A stretch of DNA of 64,000 bases from Faecousia sp. (GCA_045535175.1 JAZSLC010000142.1:4745-68744); one strand, 5' to 3'. Counted from the stretch's first letter, positions 1-10,713 are shown. Translations and numbers: made by a program. Notes: generated from the sequence alone by a model not told the origin.

Positions 1-198
1 ACCGGAAGCTTGGTTATATGCCACACCGTAAAGCCATTCCGCGATTTTATGCTCGCCCCTGGATTCGAATCCACGGGCCTGGCTCAAAAGAAAGTCTTTC
101 GTAAAGCCAGGATCGTAGATCATTAAATACCATAAGAGGCTCGCGATAATCAGAATAATTAAGAGGATTGGCAAGATTGCCTTCAGGCCTCGTTTCAT
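1..198 (-). CDS. Partial membrane-anchored hypothetical protein (runs off the window start)
   Basis: Manual translation MKRGLKAILPILLIILIIASLLWYLMIYDPGFTKDF..., GGAG RBS upstream, open to position 1. Confidence 0.7.
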   Translation of the reverse strand, partial: MKRGLKAILPILLIILIIASLLWYLMIYDPGFTKDFLLSQARGFESRGEHKIAEWLYGVAYNQASG

Positions 199-355
199 AA
201 AGGTCGCTCCGTTTCGTTACTTTGTTATTATTTGTAATATTATACTTGCAGGGCCGGATTCTGTCAAGTATGGACGAGCATTTGCCAGGTTTTGACGGGA
301 TAATTCGACGGATTCAATGGATAAAATGCGTTATGATCATAGCGGGGTGAGAAGG

Positions 356-1324
356 ATGAAGAAATGGATTCGATGTATTGTTATTGCGCTTCTGCTGGTC
401 TGGGTATATCCCGCTTTTGTGCTCTCGTTGATACCCGACTCCCGGGAGAACCCCAATGCAGAAACAACGCCTCCCGCTTCTTTGGATGAAACAGAAGATA
501 CTTCTGAAAAAGTTCAGGTCAAATTGCTCGAGAACGGGGTGAATCGTACCATAGAGCTGGAAGAGTATTTGACTGGGGTCATCCTGGCAGAACTGCCCGG
601 AGACTTTCATTATGAAGCGAAAAAGGCGCAGGCGGTTGTGGCAAGAACATATACCATAAAGACGGTTTTGGATGGGTATAAACATGGCCGGGGGATAATA
701 TGCGCTGATTCCGGATGCTGTCAGGCTTATATTTCCGTAGAAGCGTATCTGGAAAGAGGGGGGAGTACGGATATGCTGGATCAAGCAAGGGAAGCTGTCC
801 GGGCCACTGCACATGAAATCATTCGCTTTGGCAATGATTTGATTGATGCAACATACTTTTCCTGTTCAGGTGGCATGACGGAAGATGCAGTGGCAGTATG
901 GGGGACGGACATTCCGTATTTACAAGCTGTTGAAAGCCCCGGAGAAGAGCACGCTGCGGCGTATCTGAAAACACTGCGATTCTCTGTAGATTCATTTTGC
1001 GGACGGCTTTCCATAAAACCCGACGATTTTCGCCGTTTCGGGGTTGGAAATCTGACCTATACTGACGGATATGGGATCGATACGATTGAGCTTGGAGGGA
1101 AAACCTATGAAGGAACGGACTTGAGAATGCAATTGCAGCTTCCTTCCACTGTGTTTTCCATCACAGCAGTTGGAGACAGTGTAATCATTACTACGAAAGG
1201 CTTCGGCCATCGGGTCGGTATGAGTCAGTATGGAGCAGATGCCATGGCGAGAGCCGGACAAACTTACATTGAGATCATTCAGCATTACTATCAGGGCGTG
1301 GAAGTAATGGCATACGTACCTTAA
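356..1324 (+). CDS. spoIID: Stage II sporulation protein D (SpoIID/LytB family)
   Basis: LEEYLTGVILAE, EAKKAQAVVARTY, CQAY and GFGHRVGMSQYGA motifs; N-terminal TM; start taken at MKKWIR. Confidence 0.92.
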   Translation: MKKWIRCIVIALLLVWVYPAFVLSLIPDSRENPNAETTPPASLDETEDTSEKVQVKLLENGVNRTIELEEYLTGVILAELPGDFHYEAKKAQAVVARTYTIKTVLDGYKHGRGIICADSGCCQAYISVEAYLERGGSTDMLDQAREAVRATAHEIIRFGNDLIDATYFSCSGGMTEDAVAVWGTDIPYLQAVESPGEEHAAAYLKTLRFSVDSFCGRLSIKPDDFRRFGVGNLTYTDGYGIDTIELGGKTYEGTDLRMQLQLPSTVFSITAVGDSVIITTKGFGHRVGMSQYGADAMARAGQTYIEIIQHYYQGVEVMAYVP

Positions 1325-1391
1325 TTACATTGACAAAAGATTGAAGTTCGTATAGAATATCCCTAAATCCAAAGGAACAGGGGGTATTCTT

Positions 1392-2315
1392 GTGCCGATT
1401 CAAATCCCAAATGATCTGCCTGCTGCGGAAGTGCTGCTCAATGAGAATATCTTTGTCATGCCGGAAAACCGGGCTACAACCCAGGATATTCGCCCCCTGG
1501 AAATTGTGCTTCTGAACCTGATGCCCACAAAGATCGTTACCGAAACCCAGCTGAGTCGGGTTTTGGGCAATACGCCCCTTCAGGTGAAGCTGGAATTGAT
1601 GCACACTTCCACTCATCGGTCAAAGAATGTGTCTCAGGAGCATTTGTTGACCTTTTACAAAAGCTTTGAGGAACTGAAGCACCGGAAGTTTGACGGTATG
1701 GTGATTACCGGCGCGCCGGTGGAAATGATGCCCTTTGAGCAGGTGGACTATTGGCCGGAACTATGTGAAATCATGGAGTGGACGAAAACAAATGTCCATT
1801 CCACCCTTCATATCTGCTGGGGTGCGCAGGCGGCCCTTTATTATCACTACGGTATACCTAAGTATCAAATGAACCGGAAGTTGTTTGGTGTATTCAAGCA
1901 TCATGTGGATTATAAGCGTTCCATTTTGCTTCGGGGCTTTGATGATGAATTCTGGGTTCCTCAATCCAGACACACTACCATTTTACGGGAAGATGTGGAA
2001 CGCATTCCCGATATGAAAGTTCTTGCGTCTTCCGATGAGGCGGGAGTTTACGCCATGATGACCAAAGCGGGGCGCCAGGTGTTTCTTACCGGTCATTCGG
2101 AATATGATCCGGAAACCCTTCTTAATGAGTATCTCCGGGATGTTTCTCAAGGCCTTCCCATCGATATTCCCAAGAATTATTTCCCCGATGATGATCCTTC
2201 CAAGCCTCCGGTTGTACGTTGGAGAGGACACGGTAATTTGCTGTTTTCCAACTGGCTCAATTATTTTGTGTATCAGACCACACCTTACGATATTATGACC
2301 ATCGGTCACGAGTAA
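1392..2315 (+). CDS. metA: Homoserine O-acyltransferase MetA (probably acetyltransferase)
   Basis: [26 protein letters not shown] and [13 protein letters not shown] motifs. Confidence 0.95.
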   Translation: MPIQIPNDLPAAEVLLNENIFVMPENRATTQDIRPLEIVLLNLMPTKIVTETQLSRVLGNTPLQVKLELMHTSTHRSKNVSQEHLLTFYKSFEELKHRKFDGMVITGAPVEMMPFEQVDYWPELCEIMEWTKTNVHSTLHICWGAQAALYYHYGIPKYQMNRKLFGVFKHHVDYKRSILLRGFDDEFWVPQSRHTTILREDVERIPDMKVLASSDEAGVYAMMTKAGRQVFLTGHSEYDPETLLNEYLRDVSQGLPIDIPKNYFPDDDPSKPPVVRWRGHGNLLFSNWLNYFVYQTTPYDIMTIGHE

Positions 2316-2329
2316 AATATTCCGATTAT

Positions 2330-2360
2330 GCGGCACCGGTTTATAATCCGGTGCCGCTTT
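2330..2360 (+). terminator. Intrinsic terminator after metA
   Basis: GCGGCACCGG/CCGGTGCCGC stem followed by T run. Confidence 0.75.
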
Positions 2361-2428
2361 ATATCTCCAAGAATTTTTTGTTGTGCATCTGTTATTTATC
2401 ATGTATAATACAAGAAAGGAGGTGCCTT

Positions 2429-4129
2429 ATGAAACTTATCATTGATGGAATTCCGGTTGAAGCCGGTCCGGGAGAAAGCCTGTTGGCTCTTTTGAAACGA
2501 ATGGGGATGGATTCAGATGATTTATCCTCCAGTCCCATTGCAGCCAAAATTGCAGGCGAAGTGTTTAATCTCAACTATGTTCCGGTGCGTGAAAAGGAGC
2601 TTACCGGTGATACGCCGTCCATTCGTCGGGCAATGGCTGCTTCCGGCGGTGTTGTTCGAACCATTCGTTACTCAGACCCTACCGGTAGGGAAGTATACAC
2701 AAGAACTGTTCAGTTCGTGGTGTTTTTGGCCATCAGGCAGCTTTGGCCCAGGGCCAGAGCAAGTATGAATTTCACATTAGGCTCTGCGCTGTACATTCAG
2801 GTGGATGATTGCTCCGGTTTTTCTGCGGAAACCCTGAAAGAGCGTGTTAGACAGATTGTTTCTCAGAGAATTCCCCTGATCCGGAAAAGGATCACTACTC
2901 AGCAAGCCATCGAAATGTATGAAAAGCAGGGACAGTTCGATAAGTCCAGGCTCCTTCGCTGGCGGCAAACACCCCATTTTGATGTGTATGGGTTTGAAGA
3001 TTTTGCTGACTACTATTATGGAGAACTGGCTCCTGATACCGGGTGCTTGCAATCCTGGGATATTATCGGGATTGATGGTGGTTTTCTGTTTGTCTTCCCC
3101 GATAATCAGAACCCTGATACGGTATCCTCCTATGTGGATATGCCTAATTTCTTTGCGGTGTTTTCGGAAGGTGAACGCTGGGGTGAACTGATGAAATGCC
3201 GGAATGTGGCAGATCTTAATGAATTGGTGGTATCCGGGCGTATTCGGAATTTGATTCGTGTCAACGAAGCTCTCCATGAAAAACGCTACGGGCAAATTGC
3301 GGATATGATTTGCAGAAGGGGCTGCAAGGCGGTGATGCTGGCTGGTCCCAGTTCCTCCGGTAAAACCACTTCTGCCAACCGTCTGGCAGTTCAGCTGCAG
3401 GTTCACGGGAAGTCCCCGGTGCTGATGAGTCTGGATGATTACTATGTGGATCGGGATAAGTGCCCTGTGGGACCTGACGGGAAGGTGGACCTGGAGCATA
3501 TTAATACCATAGATACGGATCTGTTTGGGCTTCATCTGCAGCAGCTTCTGTCCGGTGAGCAGGTGGAGATTCCTTCTTTTAATTTCAAAACAGGCAAGCG
3601 GGAATGGCATGGCCATCTGCTGAAGCTGAATCCCGATTCCGTAATCATTGTGGAAGGACTTCACGCCCTGAATCCGGTGCTGCTTCCGCGGGAATTATCC
3701 CGGGAGCTGATCTTTAAGCTTTATGTGACACCGCTCCTTCCGTTGAACCTGGACGATCACAATCGGATTCCTACTTCGTACTTGCGACTGCTTCGCCGTA
3801 CAGTTCGGGATTACGAAACAAGGGGATCTTCGGTACAGCAAACCCTTTCTATGTGGGATAGCGTACGAAGGGGCGAAGCAAGGTGGATTTTCCCCTATCA
3901 GGAGTATTCGGATGTGATCTTTAACAGTTCTACCCTGTATGAACTGTCGGTACTTAAGAAGCATATCTATCCACTGCTTACTGCCGTGTCCCCTGAGGAA
4001 CCTTGCTACGAGCAGGTTCGTGCTATGGTAAAGATTCTGAATTTTGTATTGGAAGCTGATGTGGATCAGGAGATTCCTCCCACCAGTCTGGTTCGTGAAT
4101 TCATTGGCGGAAACTCTTTCTACCTGTAA
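2429..4129 (+). CDS. Nucleoside (uridine/phosphoribulokinase-family) kinase with ThrRS-like N-terminal region
   Basis: Walker A GPSSSGKTT, SLDDYY, IIVEGLHALN, RLLRRTVRD; AAGGAGG RBS. Confidence 0.85.
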   Translation: MKLIIDGIPVEAGPGESLLALLKRMGMDSDDLSSSPIAAKIAGEVFNLNYVPVREKELTGDTPSIRRAMAASGGVVRTIRYSDPTGREVYTRTVQFVVFLAIRQLWPRARASMNFTLGSALYIQVDDCSGFSAETLKERVRQIVSQRIPLIRKRITTQQAIEMYEKQGQFDKSRLLRWRQTPHFDVYGFEDFADYYYGELAPDTGCLQSWDIIGIDGGFLFVFPDNQNPDTVSSYVDMPNFFAVFSEGERWGELMKCRNVADLNELVVSGRIRNLIRVNEALHEKRYGQIADMICRRGCKAVMLAGPSSSGKTTSANRLAVQLQVHGKSPVLMSLDDYYVDRDKCPVGPDGKVDLEHINTIDTDLFGLHLQQLLSGEQVEIPSFNFKTGKREWHGHLLKLNPDSVIIVEGLHALNPVLLPRELSRELIFKLYVTPLLPLNLDDHNRIPTSYLRLLRRTVRDYETRGSSVQQTLSMWDSVRRGEARWIFPYQEYSDVIFNSSTLYELSVLKKHIYPLLTAVSPEEPCYEQVRAMVKILNFVLEADVDQEIPPTSLVREFIGGNSFYL

Positions 4130-4132
4130 AAC

Positions 4133-4167
4133 ATGAAAAAGAGCGCATCGCGGCGCTCTTTTTTCAT
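4133..4167 (+). terminator. Intrinsic terminator
   Basis: ATGAAAAAGAGCGC/GCGCTCTTTTTTCAT inverted repeat. Confidence 0.7.
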
Positions 4168-4261
4168 GTATGGGGTTTCCTTTGCAAGAAATACTTGCAT
4201 CCGAATCAAACAGATGTTATAATAAACAAAATATAGTGCGAGAATATGTGGAGAATAGATT

Positions 4262-5062
4262 ATGTCCGAACCTCAATACCATTTGGAGGGCATTGTCCAT
4301 ACCCGAAACGATGGGTTGGAGGATTTTGAAGGCCCTCTGGATGTTATTTTTCTGCTGCTGAGCAAAAACAAAATTGAAATTCAGGATGTCTCCATCACTG
4401 CTATTTTGGAACAGTATCTGGCTTATCTGGATGAAATGAAGCGAATGGATATGGAGATTGCCAGCGAGTTTATCACCATGGCCAGCAACCTGATGCTCAT
4501 AAAAACCAAAATGCTTCTTTCTGCTGCGGAGCAGGCAGAGGCTGAGTCGGAACTGGACCAAATCCGTCAGGCCTTGATCGAACGTCAGCGAAAGGAAGCC
4601 ATTGAACAGATCCGGTTGGCCGTATCTGTTTTGGAACCCCGCAATGAAATTGGCCGCAGCCTGTTTACGAAGGATCCCGAACCCCTTCGCAGGGATAAAA
4701 CCTACCGGTATAAACATTCGGCCCAGGATATGCTTCTGGCTCTTGATACCATTGCGGAGCGTAACGACCGTATGCTTCCGCCGCCTACAGTTAACTTTAA
4801 GGGAATTGTGGGCAAGGAGCCTTACCCGGTTACCAAAAAGGCAGCTGAGGTGATCCGTAACCTGGTGCTGCGGGGAGTGGAACGGCTCAAGAATTTGTTC
4901 CGGAACAACCGTTCCAGAAGTGAAGTGGTTGCCACCTTCCTGGCTATTTTGGAGCTTTGCAAGACCGGCTCTGCGACCCTTGAAGACGATGATTCCGGCG
5001 AGAATCCCAATGTGCGACTTTTGAGAAATCCAGAAACGGAGGGCAACGATGGAACAAACTGA
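4262..5062 (+). CDS. scpA: Segregation and condensation protein A
   Basis: FEGPLDVIFLLL, ASEFITMA and VVATFLAILEL motifs; followed by scpB. Confidence 0.93.
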   Translation: MSEPQYHLEGIVHTRNDGLEDFEGPLDVIFLLLSKNKIEIQDVSITAILEQYLAYLDEMKRMDMEIASEFITMASNLMLIKTKMLLSAAEQAEAESELDQIRQALIERQRKEAIEQIRLAVSVLEPRNEIGRSLFTKDPEPLRRDKTYRYKHSAQDMLLALDTIAERNDRMLPPPTVNFKGIVGKEPYPVTKKAAEVIRNLVLRGVERLKNLFRNNRSRSEVVATFLAILELCKTGSATLEDDDSGENPNVRLLRNPETEGNDGTN

Positions 5063-5630
5063 ATTACAGCGATGCATTGAGGCCATCCTGTTTGCATCCG
5101 GTGAACCGGTGGATCTTCTTCGGCTTGCGATGGCCCTGGAGGCGGACGAACGGGATGTTCAAGCCGCCGCAGATGCTTTGGCCGACGAATGGGCCTTTGC
5201 ACGCCGGGGCATCCGGATTATCAGACTGGAGAATTCCTATCAGATGGTTTCTTCCGGCGAGATGGCCGATTACATTACGAAAGCGCTTGAAACCAGAAAA
5301 CCTCCGAAACTCAGCGCTTCTCAGCTGGAAACCTTGACCATTGTAGCTTACTATCAGCCTGCCACCAAGGCAATGGTAGAGCAAATTCGCGGTGTGGATT
5401 CCGCTTACAGCATTTCTGCACTGCTCAACAAAAAACTGATTGAAGAGGCAGGTCGGCTGAATGTTCCCGGCCGTCCGATTCTCTACAAAACGACGCCTGA
5501 TTTTCTGCGTACCTTTGGACTCAATTCCCTGGAGGAACTCCCCGAAATTGACCGGGTTCATTTCGGTGAGCGGGGAGAGCCGGAGGTTGTTCAGGAAGTG
5601 ATTCAGGAGGGGCCGAAGGAGGAGTCTTGA
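5049..5630 (+). CDS. scpB: Segregation and condensation protein B
   Basis: IEAILFASGEP, ETLTIVAYYQP, IRGVDS, GRPILYKTT..FLRTFGL. Confidence 0.95.
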   Translation: MEQTELQRCIEAILFASGEPVDLLRLAMALEADERDVQAAADALADEWAFARRGIRIIRLENSYQMVSSGEMADYITKALETRKPPKLSASQLETLTIVAYYQPATKAMVEQIRGVDSAYSISALLNKKLIEEAGRLNVPGRPILYKTTPDFLRTFGLNSLEELPEIDRVHFGERGEPEVVQEVIQEGPKEES

Positions 5631-6250
5631 TGGGTTGGATCATCACACTTCTTGTTCTGCTGTTACTTGCGATTTTGCCCTTGGGTGTCAGTGCCATCTA
5701 CAATGCCGATGGTCCACTGATCAGGCTGATTGCAGGCCCTGTTCGTATTACACTGTATCCTGTTAAGAAAAAAGATAAATCCAATAAACCCCAAAAGAAA
5801 AAGGAAAAAAAGCCGAAATCGGAGCCGCAGCCCAAAGATCAAGCAAAACCCCAGGAAAAACAAAAAGGTGGCCCTATATCCGATTTCTACCCCTTTATTA
5901 CCCTGGTGCTCGATTTGCTTACGGACTTCAGAAGAAAGCTGCGGCTGGATCGGTTTGAACTTAAAATCATTCTGGCCGGTGGTGACCCTGCAGATCTGGG
6001 CATCAACTATGGCCGGGCCTGGATTGCTCTGGGTAACCTGTGGCCCATGCTGGAGCGGGTTTTTGTGATCAAAAAGCGGGATGTGGAAGTGGAGTGCGAT
6101 TTTGAAGGATCTGCAACGACTATCTCTGCACGTCTCGATTTGACGATTACACTTGGACGGCTCTTTTCCATGGGATTCCGCTACGGTATTCGTGGACTAA
6201 AAGAATTTATTAACTTTAAGAATAAAAGAAAGGCAGGAACTGCAAAATGA
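5627..6250 (+). CDS. DUF2953 (YtfI-like) membrane-anchored protein
   Basis: N-terminal TM, Lys-rich linker, GDPADLGINYG motif; sits between scpB and gerW. Confidence 0.75.
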   Translation: MMGWIITLLVLLLLAILPLGVSAIYNADGPLIRLIAGPVRITLYPVKKKDKSNKPQKKKEKKPKSEPQPKDQAKPQEKQKGGPISDFYPFITLVLDLLTDFRRKLRLDRFELKIILAGGDPADLGINYGRAWIALGNLWPMLERVFVIKKRDVEVECDFEGSATTISARLDLTITLGRLFSMGFRYGIRGLKEFINFKNKRKAGTAK

Positions 6251-6636
6251 GTCAGAATGTTCCCAATATGCTTGAAAATACCATTGCCAAAATCCGTGAA
6301 ATGGTGGATGTCAACTCTGTGATCGGCAACCCCATTACAACCCCTGATGGCGTAACCATCATTCCTGTCTCCAAAGTCAGTGTGGGCTTTGGCGGCGGCG
6401 GTTCGGATTTTGTATCCAAGAACGCCAATCACCATGAGAATCCCTTTGGCGGTGGTGCAGGCGGCGGTGTAAAGATTACCCCCATTGCGTTCCTGGTGAT
6501 CAGAGAAGGTTCCGTTCGGATGATTCCTGTGGCTGCCCCCGCCAATACCACCGCCGATCGCGTTGTGGAGATGGTGCCCGATGTGCTGGAGCAGGTTTCT
6601 TCCTTTATTGATTCCAGAACCAAAAAGCCTGAATAA
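6247..6636 (+). CDS. ytfJ: GerW/YtfJ family sporulation protein
   Basis: VDVNSVIGNPI, IIPVSKVSVGFGGGG, FGGGAGGGVKITPIAFLV. Confidence 0.9.
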   Translation: MSQNVPNMLENTIAKIREMVDVNSVIGNPITTPDGVTIIPVSKVSVGFGGGGSDFVSKNANHHENPFGGGAGGGVKITPIAFLVIREGSVRMIPVAAPANTTADRVVEMVPDVLEQVSSFIDSRTKKPE

Positions 6637-6674
6637 GGAAGCGATTCTTGCCCATACTGAGGATGGGTGAGATT

Positions 6675-7784
6675 ATGAAAAGATTATTTGCCGGGGCGGT
6701 GGCTGCATTAACGGTCGCCGCCCTGTTTCTACCGATTCGGGTACAGGCCATTTCTGCGCAGAAGGCGGTTGTATTGGATACTGCTACTGAGCGGATCCTG
6801 TATGGAAAAGATTCTGATTCCAGAAGCCTGATTGCCAGTACAACAAAGATTATGACAGGGTATATTATTGCCCGGAGATGTAATGTGCTGGATCGTTTTC
6901 GCATTCCTAAGGAAGCCGTTGGGATCGAAGGCTCCTCCATGTATCTGCAGGAGGGAGAAGTGCTGACCATTCAGGAACTGTTGTACGGACTGATGCTCCA
7001 CAGCGGCAACGATGCTGCCGTTGCCCTGGCGATATATTGTGCAGGAACGGTGGAAGGGTTTGTGGATCTGATGAACGAAACGGCTGTTTCGTTGGGGCTT
7101 TCCGGAACCCACTTTGCAAATCCTCACGGCCTGGATGCGCCGGAGCATTACTCCACTGCAGAAGATTTGGCAAAACTTGCCGCCGCTGCTATGGAGGATC
7201 CTGTTTTTGCCATGACCGTGTCTACCAAGACAGTTCAGGCAGGAGAGCGCTATCTGCGCAATCATAATAAGCTGCTCTGGCGCCTGGAAGGTGCTGAGGG
7301 TGTTAAAACCGGCTATACAAAGGCAGCCGGAAGAATTCTTGTTTCCAGTGCCTGCCGACAGGGAAGGCGACTCATCGGAGTCACCATCAATGCTCCTGAC
7401 GATTGGAACGACCATATGGTTCTTTTGGACCGGGCGTTCCGGGAATACTCCGTGTATACGGTTGTATCTGAGGGAGAAGTATTGGGCGTTGCGGAAGTTT
7501 CCGGAGGGGATTGCGGATTTGTGCAGCTCATCGCTGCCGAAACCTATTCATATCCCCTGGCATCGGATGAAAAGGTGACCCTTCGGCTTCCCGGAACCGG
7601 ATTTGTGTATGCTCCTGTTGCTGCCGGACAACGGGCCGGTCAGGCATTGGTTTATGTGAATGACCATTGCGTCGGCTCTGTGGAAGTGGTTTTCGGAGCA
7701 ACGGTGGAACAGGAACCCGGGGAAGAGCGATCTTTCATCCGAAAATGGACAGATCGTTTATTTGGAAAAGAGGAAGAGTCTTGA
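6675..7784 (+). CDS. dacB: D-alanyl-D-alanine carboxypeptidase (S11, DacB-like)
   Basis: SxxK (ASTTKIMT), SGND, NPHGLD and KTG motifs; signal peptide. Confidence 0.88.
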   Translation: MKRLFAGAVAALTVAALFLPIRVQAISAQKAVVLDTATERILYGKDSDSRSLIASTTKIMTGYIIARRCNVLDRFRIPKEAVGIEGSSMYLQEGEVLTIQELLYGLMLHSGNDAAVALAIYCAGTVEGFVDLMNETAVSLGLSGTHFANPHGLDAPEHYSTAEDLAKLAAAAMEDPVFAMTVSTKTVQAGERYLRNHNKLLWRLEGAEGVKTGYTKAAGRILVSSACRQGRRLIGVTINAPDDWNDHMVLLDRAFREYSVYTVVSEGEVLGVAEVSGGDCGFVQLIAAETYSYPLASDEKVTLRLPGTGFVYAPVAAGQRAGQALVYVNDHCVGSVEVVFGATVEQEPGEERSFIRKWTDRLFGKEEES

Positions 7785-8476
7785 GAATACAAAAACTTCT
7801 TTCGGAGCGGGGGGTAGCTTCCCGCAGAAAAAGTGAAGAACTGATTCAGCAGGGGAGAGTAACCGTGAACGGTGTCATCTGCCTCCTGGGACAAAGTGTT
7901 GACCCGGAAAAGGATCTTATTCTGGTGGATGGAAAGCCGTTGCCGGAACCTGCGAAACGGGTATATATTATGCTTCACAAGCCCCGGGGCTACGTGACCA
8001 CCCTTTCTGATGAAAAGGGCAGAAAAACAGTTGCGGAGCTGGTGGATTGTGGGAAACGGGTGTATCCTGTGGGCCGCTTGGATATGGATTCCGAAGGCCT
8101 TTTACTGCTTACGGATGACGGAGCCTTTGCCAATGAAATGATGCATCCCCGTCATGAGGTTGAGAAGGTGTATCAAGTGACTGTTACCGGATGTACCCAG
8201 GAGGCGGTTGAGCGTGTGAAGCAGCCTGTGACGCTTGACGGGTATACCATTTCGCCCCCCTGTGTACGGGTTCTGAAGCGAGGTGAGAAGAGCCTTCTTG
8301 AGATTACCATTCACGAAGGCAGAAACCGGCAGGTGCGCCGTATGTGCGCCCTGGCCGGTATGGAGGTGCTGCGTCTGAAAAGAGTCCGGGAGGGGGCATT
8401 GAACTTGGGTAGTCTTCCCCTTGGAAAATGGCGTTATCTTTCTGAATCAGAAATTGCAGCCCTTTACAATGAATGA
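7781..8476 (+). CDS. rluB: rRNA pseudouridine synthase (RluB/RsuA family)
   Basis: S4 domain (SRRKSEELI), HKPRG, GRLDMDSEGLLLLT, EGRNRQVRRM. Confidence 0.88.
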   Translation: MRIQKLLSERGVASRRKSEELIQQGRVTVNGVICLLGQSVDPEKDLILVDGKPLPEPAKRVYIMLHKPRGYVTTLSDEKGRKTVAELVDCGKRVYPVGRLDMDSEGLLLLTDDGAFANEMMHPRHEVEKVYQVTVTGCTQEAVERVKQPVTLDGYTISPPCVRVLKRGEKSLLEITIHEGRNRQVRRMCALAGMEVLRLKRVREGALNLGSLPLGKWRYLSESEIAALYNE

Positions 8477-8601
8477 ATTGATGCATCATTTTGTTGCTAT
8501 TTAGAAATTTACCGATTAATATGCAATTTTATAAAATTGTTCTTGCAAATTGGCGGATAATTTGATACCATTGCTGTCATACAGGAAGGAGCGATGATGA
8601 A

Positions 8602-9468
8602 ATGCCTGCAGATATTTTGTCCATATTGCAATCAAAGAGTCAAAAGCTCTCCAAAGGACAGCGAGCCATTGCCAAATATATTTTACATTCTTATGATAAA
8701 GCGGCATTTATGACTGCCAATAAACTGGGTAAGACCGTGGGTGTATCCGAATCCACTGTGGTGCGTTTTGCAGTGGAACTTGGCTTTGAAGGTTATCCTG
8801 AAATGCAGAGGGCCATGCAGGAAATGGTGATGAACCGTCTTACCAGTGTGCAGCGGCTGGAGGTTGCCAGCGACCGGATTGGAGATCAGGATATTCTCTC
8901 CATGGTTATCCATTCTGATATTGATAAGCTTCGTCAGACCGCTGAAACTGTCAGCCGTGAAGATTTTGCGAAATCTGTGGAGGCAATTTTGTCTGCCAGA
9001 CGGGTTTATATCATGGGCAGCCGGTCTACAGCAGTTTTGGCCAGTTTTCTGGGTCATTATCTGCGGCATATGCTGGACGATGTACGTGTGGTCACCAGCT
9101 CCGGTGCCAGTGAGATGTTTGAACAGATCATTGGAATTACCGACAAGGATGCAGCTATTGCCTTTAGTTTTCCTCGATATTCCACAGCTACTTTCAAAGG
9201 TGCCGAATTCTGTCGGAGCGTTGGTGCCAAGGTGATCGGCATCACCGATTCTCCTATTTCTCCTTTGGGCCGATGCAGTGATCACGTTCTTCTTTGCAAG
9301 AGTGATATGATATCTCTGGTGGATTCGCTTACGGCCCCGTTCAGTATTGCCAATGCCCTGATCGTTGCCATTGCTTCCAGAAGAGAGGGTGAACTGCAGA
9401 ATACCTTTACGGCCCTGGAAAATGTATGGGAAGAGTATCGGGTCTACGAGAAGCGGGTGGATGAATGA
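8602..9468 (+). CDS. MurR/RpiR family transcriptional regulator
   Basis: HTH VSESTVVRFA..LGFEGY plus SIS domain (FSFPRYS, ITDS..SPL). Confidence 0.92.
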   Translation: MPADILSILQSKSQKLSKGQRAIAKYILHSYDKAAFMTANKLGKTVGVSESTVVRFAVELGFEGYPEMQRAMQEMVMNRLTSVQRLEVASDRIGDQDILSMVIHSDIDKLRQTAETVSREDFAKSVEAILSARRVYIMGSRSTAVLASFLGHYLRHMLDDVRVVTSSGASEMFEQIIGITDKDAAIAFSFPRYSTATFKGAEFCRSVGAKVIGITDSPISPLGRCSDHVLLCKSDMISLVDSLTAPFSIANALIVAIASRREGELQNTFTALENVWEEYRVYEKRVDE

Positions 9469-10703
9469 TCTTTGACGGAATTGTAATTGGCGGCGGAGCC
9501 GCAGGTATGTTTGCGGCTGTTCAGGCTGCCCGAAAAGGAAGCCGCGTTTTACTATTGGAGCGCAACGACCGGCTCGGTAAAAAGCTGCTCATCACCGGAA
9601 AAGGCCGTTGCAATGTAACCAATAACTGCAGCGCAGAGGAAGTGCTTCGCAATATCCCCAGAAACGGCAGGTTCCTCTTTAGTGCGCTGGATCAGTGCGA
9701 TCCATCCGGTGTCATGGCATTTTTTGAGGAATTCGGTTGCCCCCTGAAAACGGAGCGGGGAAACCGGGTTTTTCCCGTGTCTGACCGCTCTCAGAGCATT
9801 CTGGATGCCCTCAAGAAGGCACTTCGACTCAGCGGTGTTACAGTCAGAACCGGCCGGGCTGTCAAGATTCTGTCCAGGGATGGTGTGGTAACCGGTGTTC
9901 AGACGGAACTGGAACAGATTCCCTGCAAGTGGGTCATTCTCGCAACAGGGGGTCTCAGCTATCCCACCACCGGTTCCACCGGCGACGGATACCGGATGGC
10001 TTCGGAGCTGGGACATACGGTGACCGATTGCGAGGGGAGTTTGGTGCCTTTGGAAACGGAGGGCCATGATGCCCAGGATATGCAGGGCCTTTCTTTGCGT
10101 AATGTGGGCGTCAAACTTGTCAATGAGAAGAATAAGATCCTATATAAGGATTTTGGAGAACTGTTGTTTACGCACTTTGGCCTTTCAGGCCCTACTGTGC
10201 TTTCTGCCAGTGCCCATCTGAAAGGCAAGTGTATTCTTTCCATTGATCTGAAGCCGGCGCTTGACGAGGGGAAGCTTAACGACCGGATCCTGCGGGATAT
10301 GGAACAGTATAAAAATCGGTCTATGGAAAACGCCCTGATCGATTTGCTTCCAAGGTCTATGATTCCGGTTGTGCTGCGGCGTTTGGGGATTGATCCGTCC
10401 ATGCAGGCAAATTCCCTGACCAAACAGGACCGGCGCAAGCTGGTGGAACTTCTGAAAAACTTTACTTTCTCTGTTACCGGTAAAAGACCGGTTGCTGAGG
10501 CCATCATTACCAGAGGCGGTATTAAAACGTCGGAGATCGATCCCAAGACCATGGAGTCCAAACTGGTTTCGGGGCTGTTCTTCGCCGGTGAGATTATCGA
10601 TTGCGATGCTTATACCGGAGGATTCAATTTGCAAATTGCCTGGTCTACGGCCACTGCTGCGGCTGTAGCTGCTGCATCTTACGAGGAAGCCCCCATGGCT
10701 TGA
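9465..10703 (+). CDS. HI0933/BaiN family flavoprotein
   Basis: GGGAAG, GKKLLITGKGRCNVTN, GELLFTHFGLSGP, TGGFNLQIAW. Confidence 0.92.
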   Translation: MIFDGIVIGGGAAGMFAAVQAARKGSRVLLLERNDRLGKKLLITGKGRCNVTNNCSAEEVLRNIPRNGRFLFSALDQCDPSGVMAFFEEFGCPLKTERGNRVFPVSDRSQSILDALKKALRLSGVTVRTGRAVKILSRDGVVTGVQTELEQIPCKWVILATGGLSYPTTGSTGDGYRMASELGHTVTDCEGSLVPLETEGHDAQDMQGLSLRNVGVKLVNEKNKILYKDFGELLFTHFGLSGPTVLSASAHLKGKCILSIDLKPALDEGKLNDRILRDMEQYKNRSMENALIDLLPRSMIPVVLRRLGIDPSMQANSLTKQDRRKLVELLKNFTFSVTGKRPVAEAIITRGGIKTSEIDPKTMESKLVSGLFFAGEIIDCDAYTGGFNLQIAWSTATAAAVAAASYEEAPMA

Positions 10704-10713
10704 AAAACCGCCA

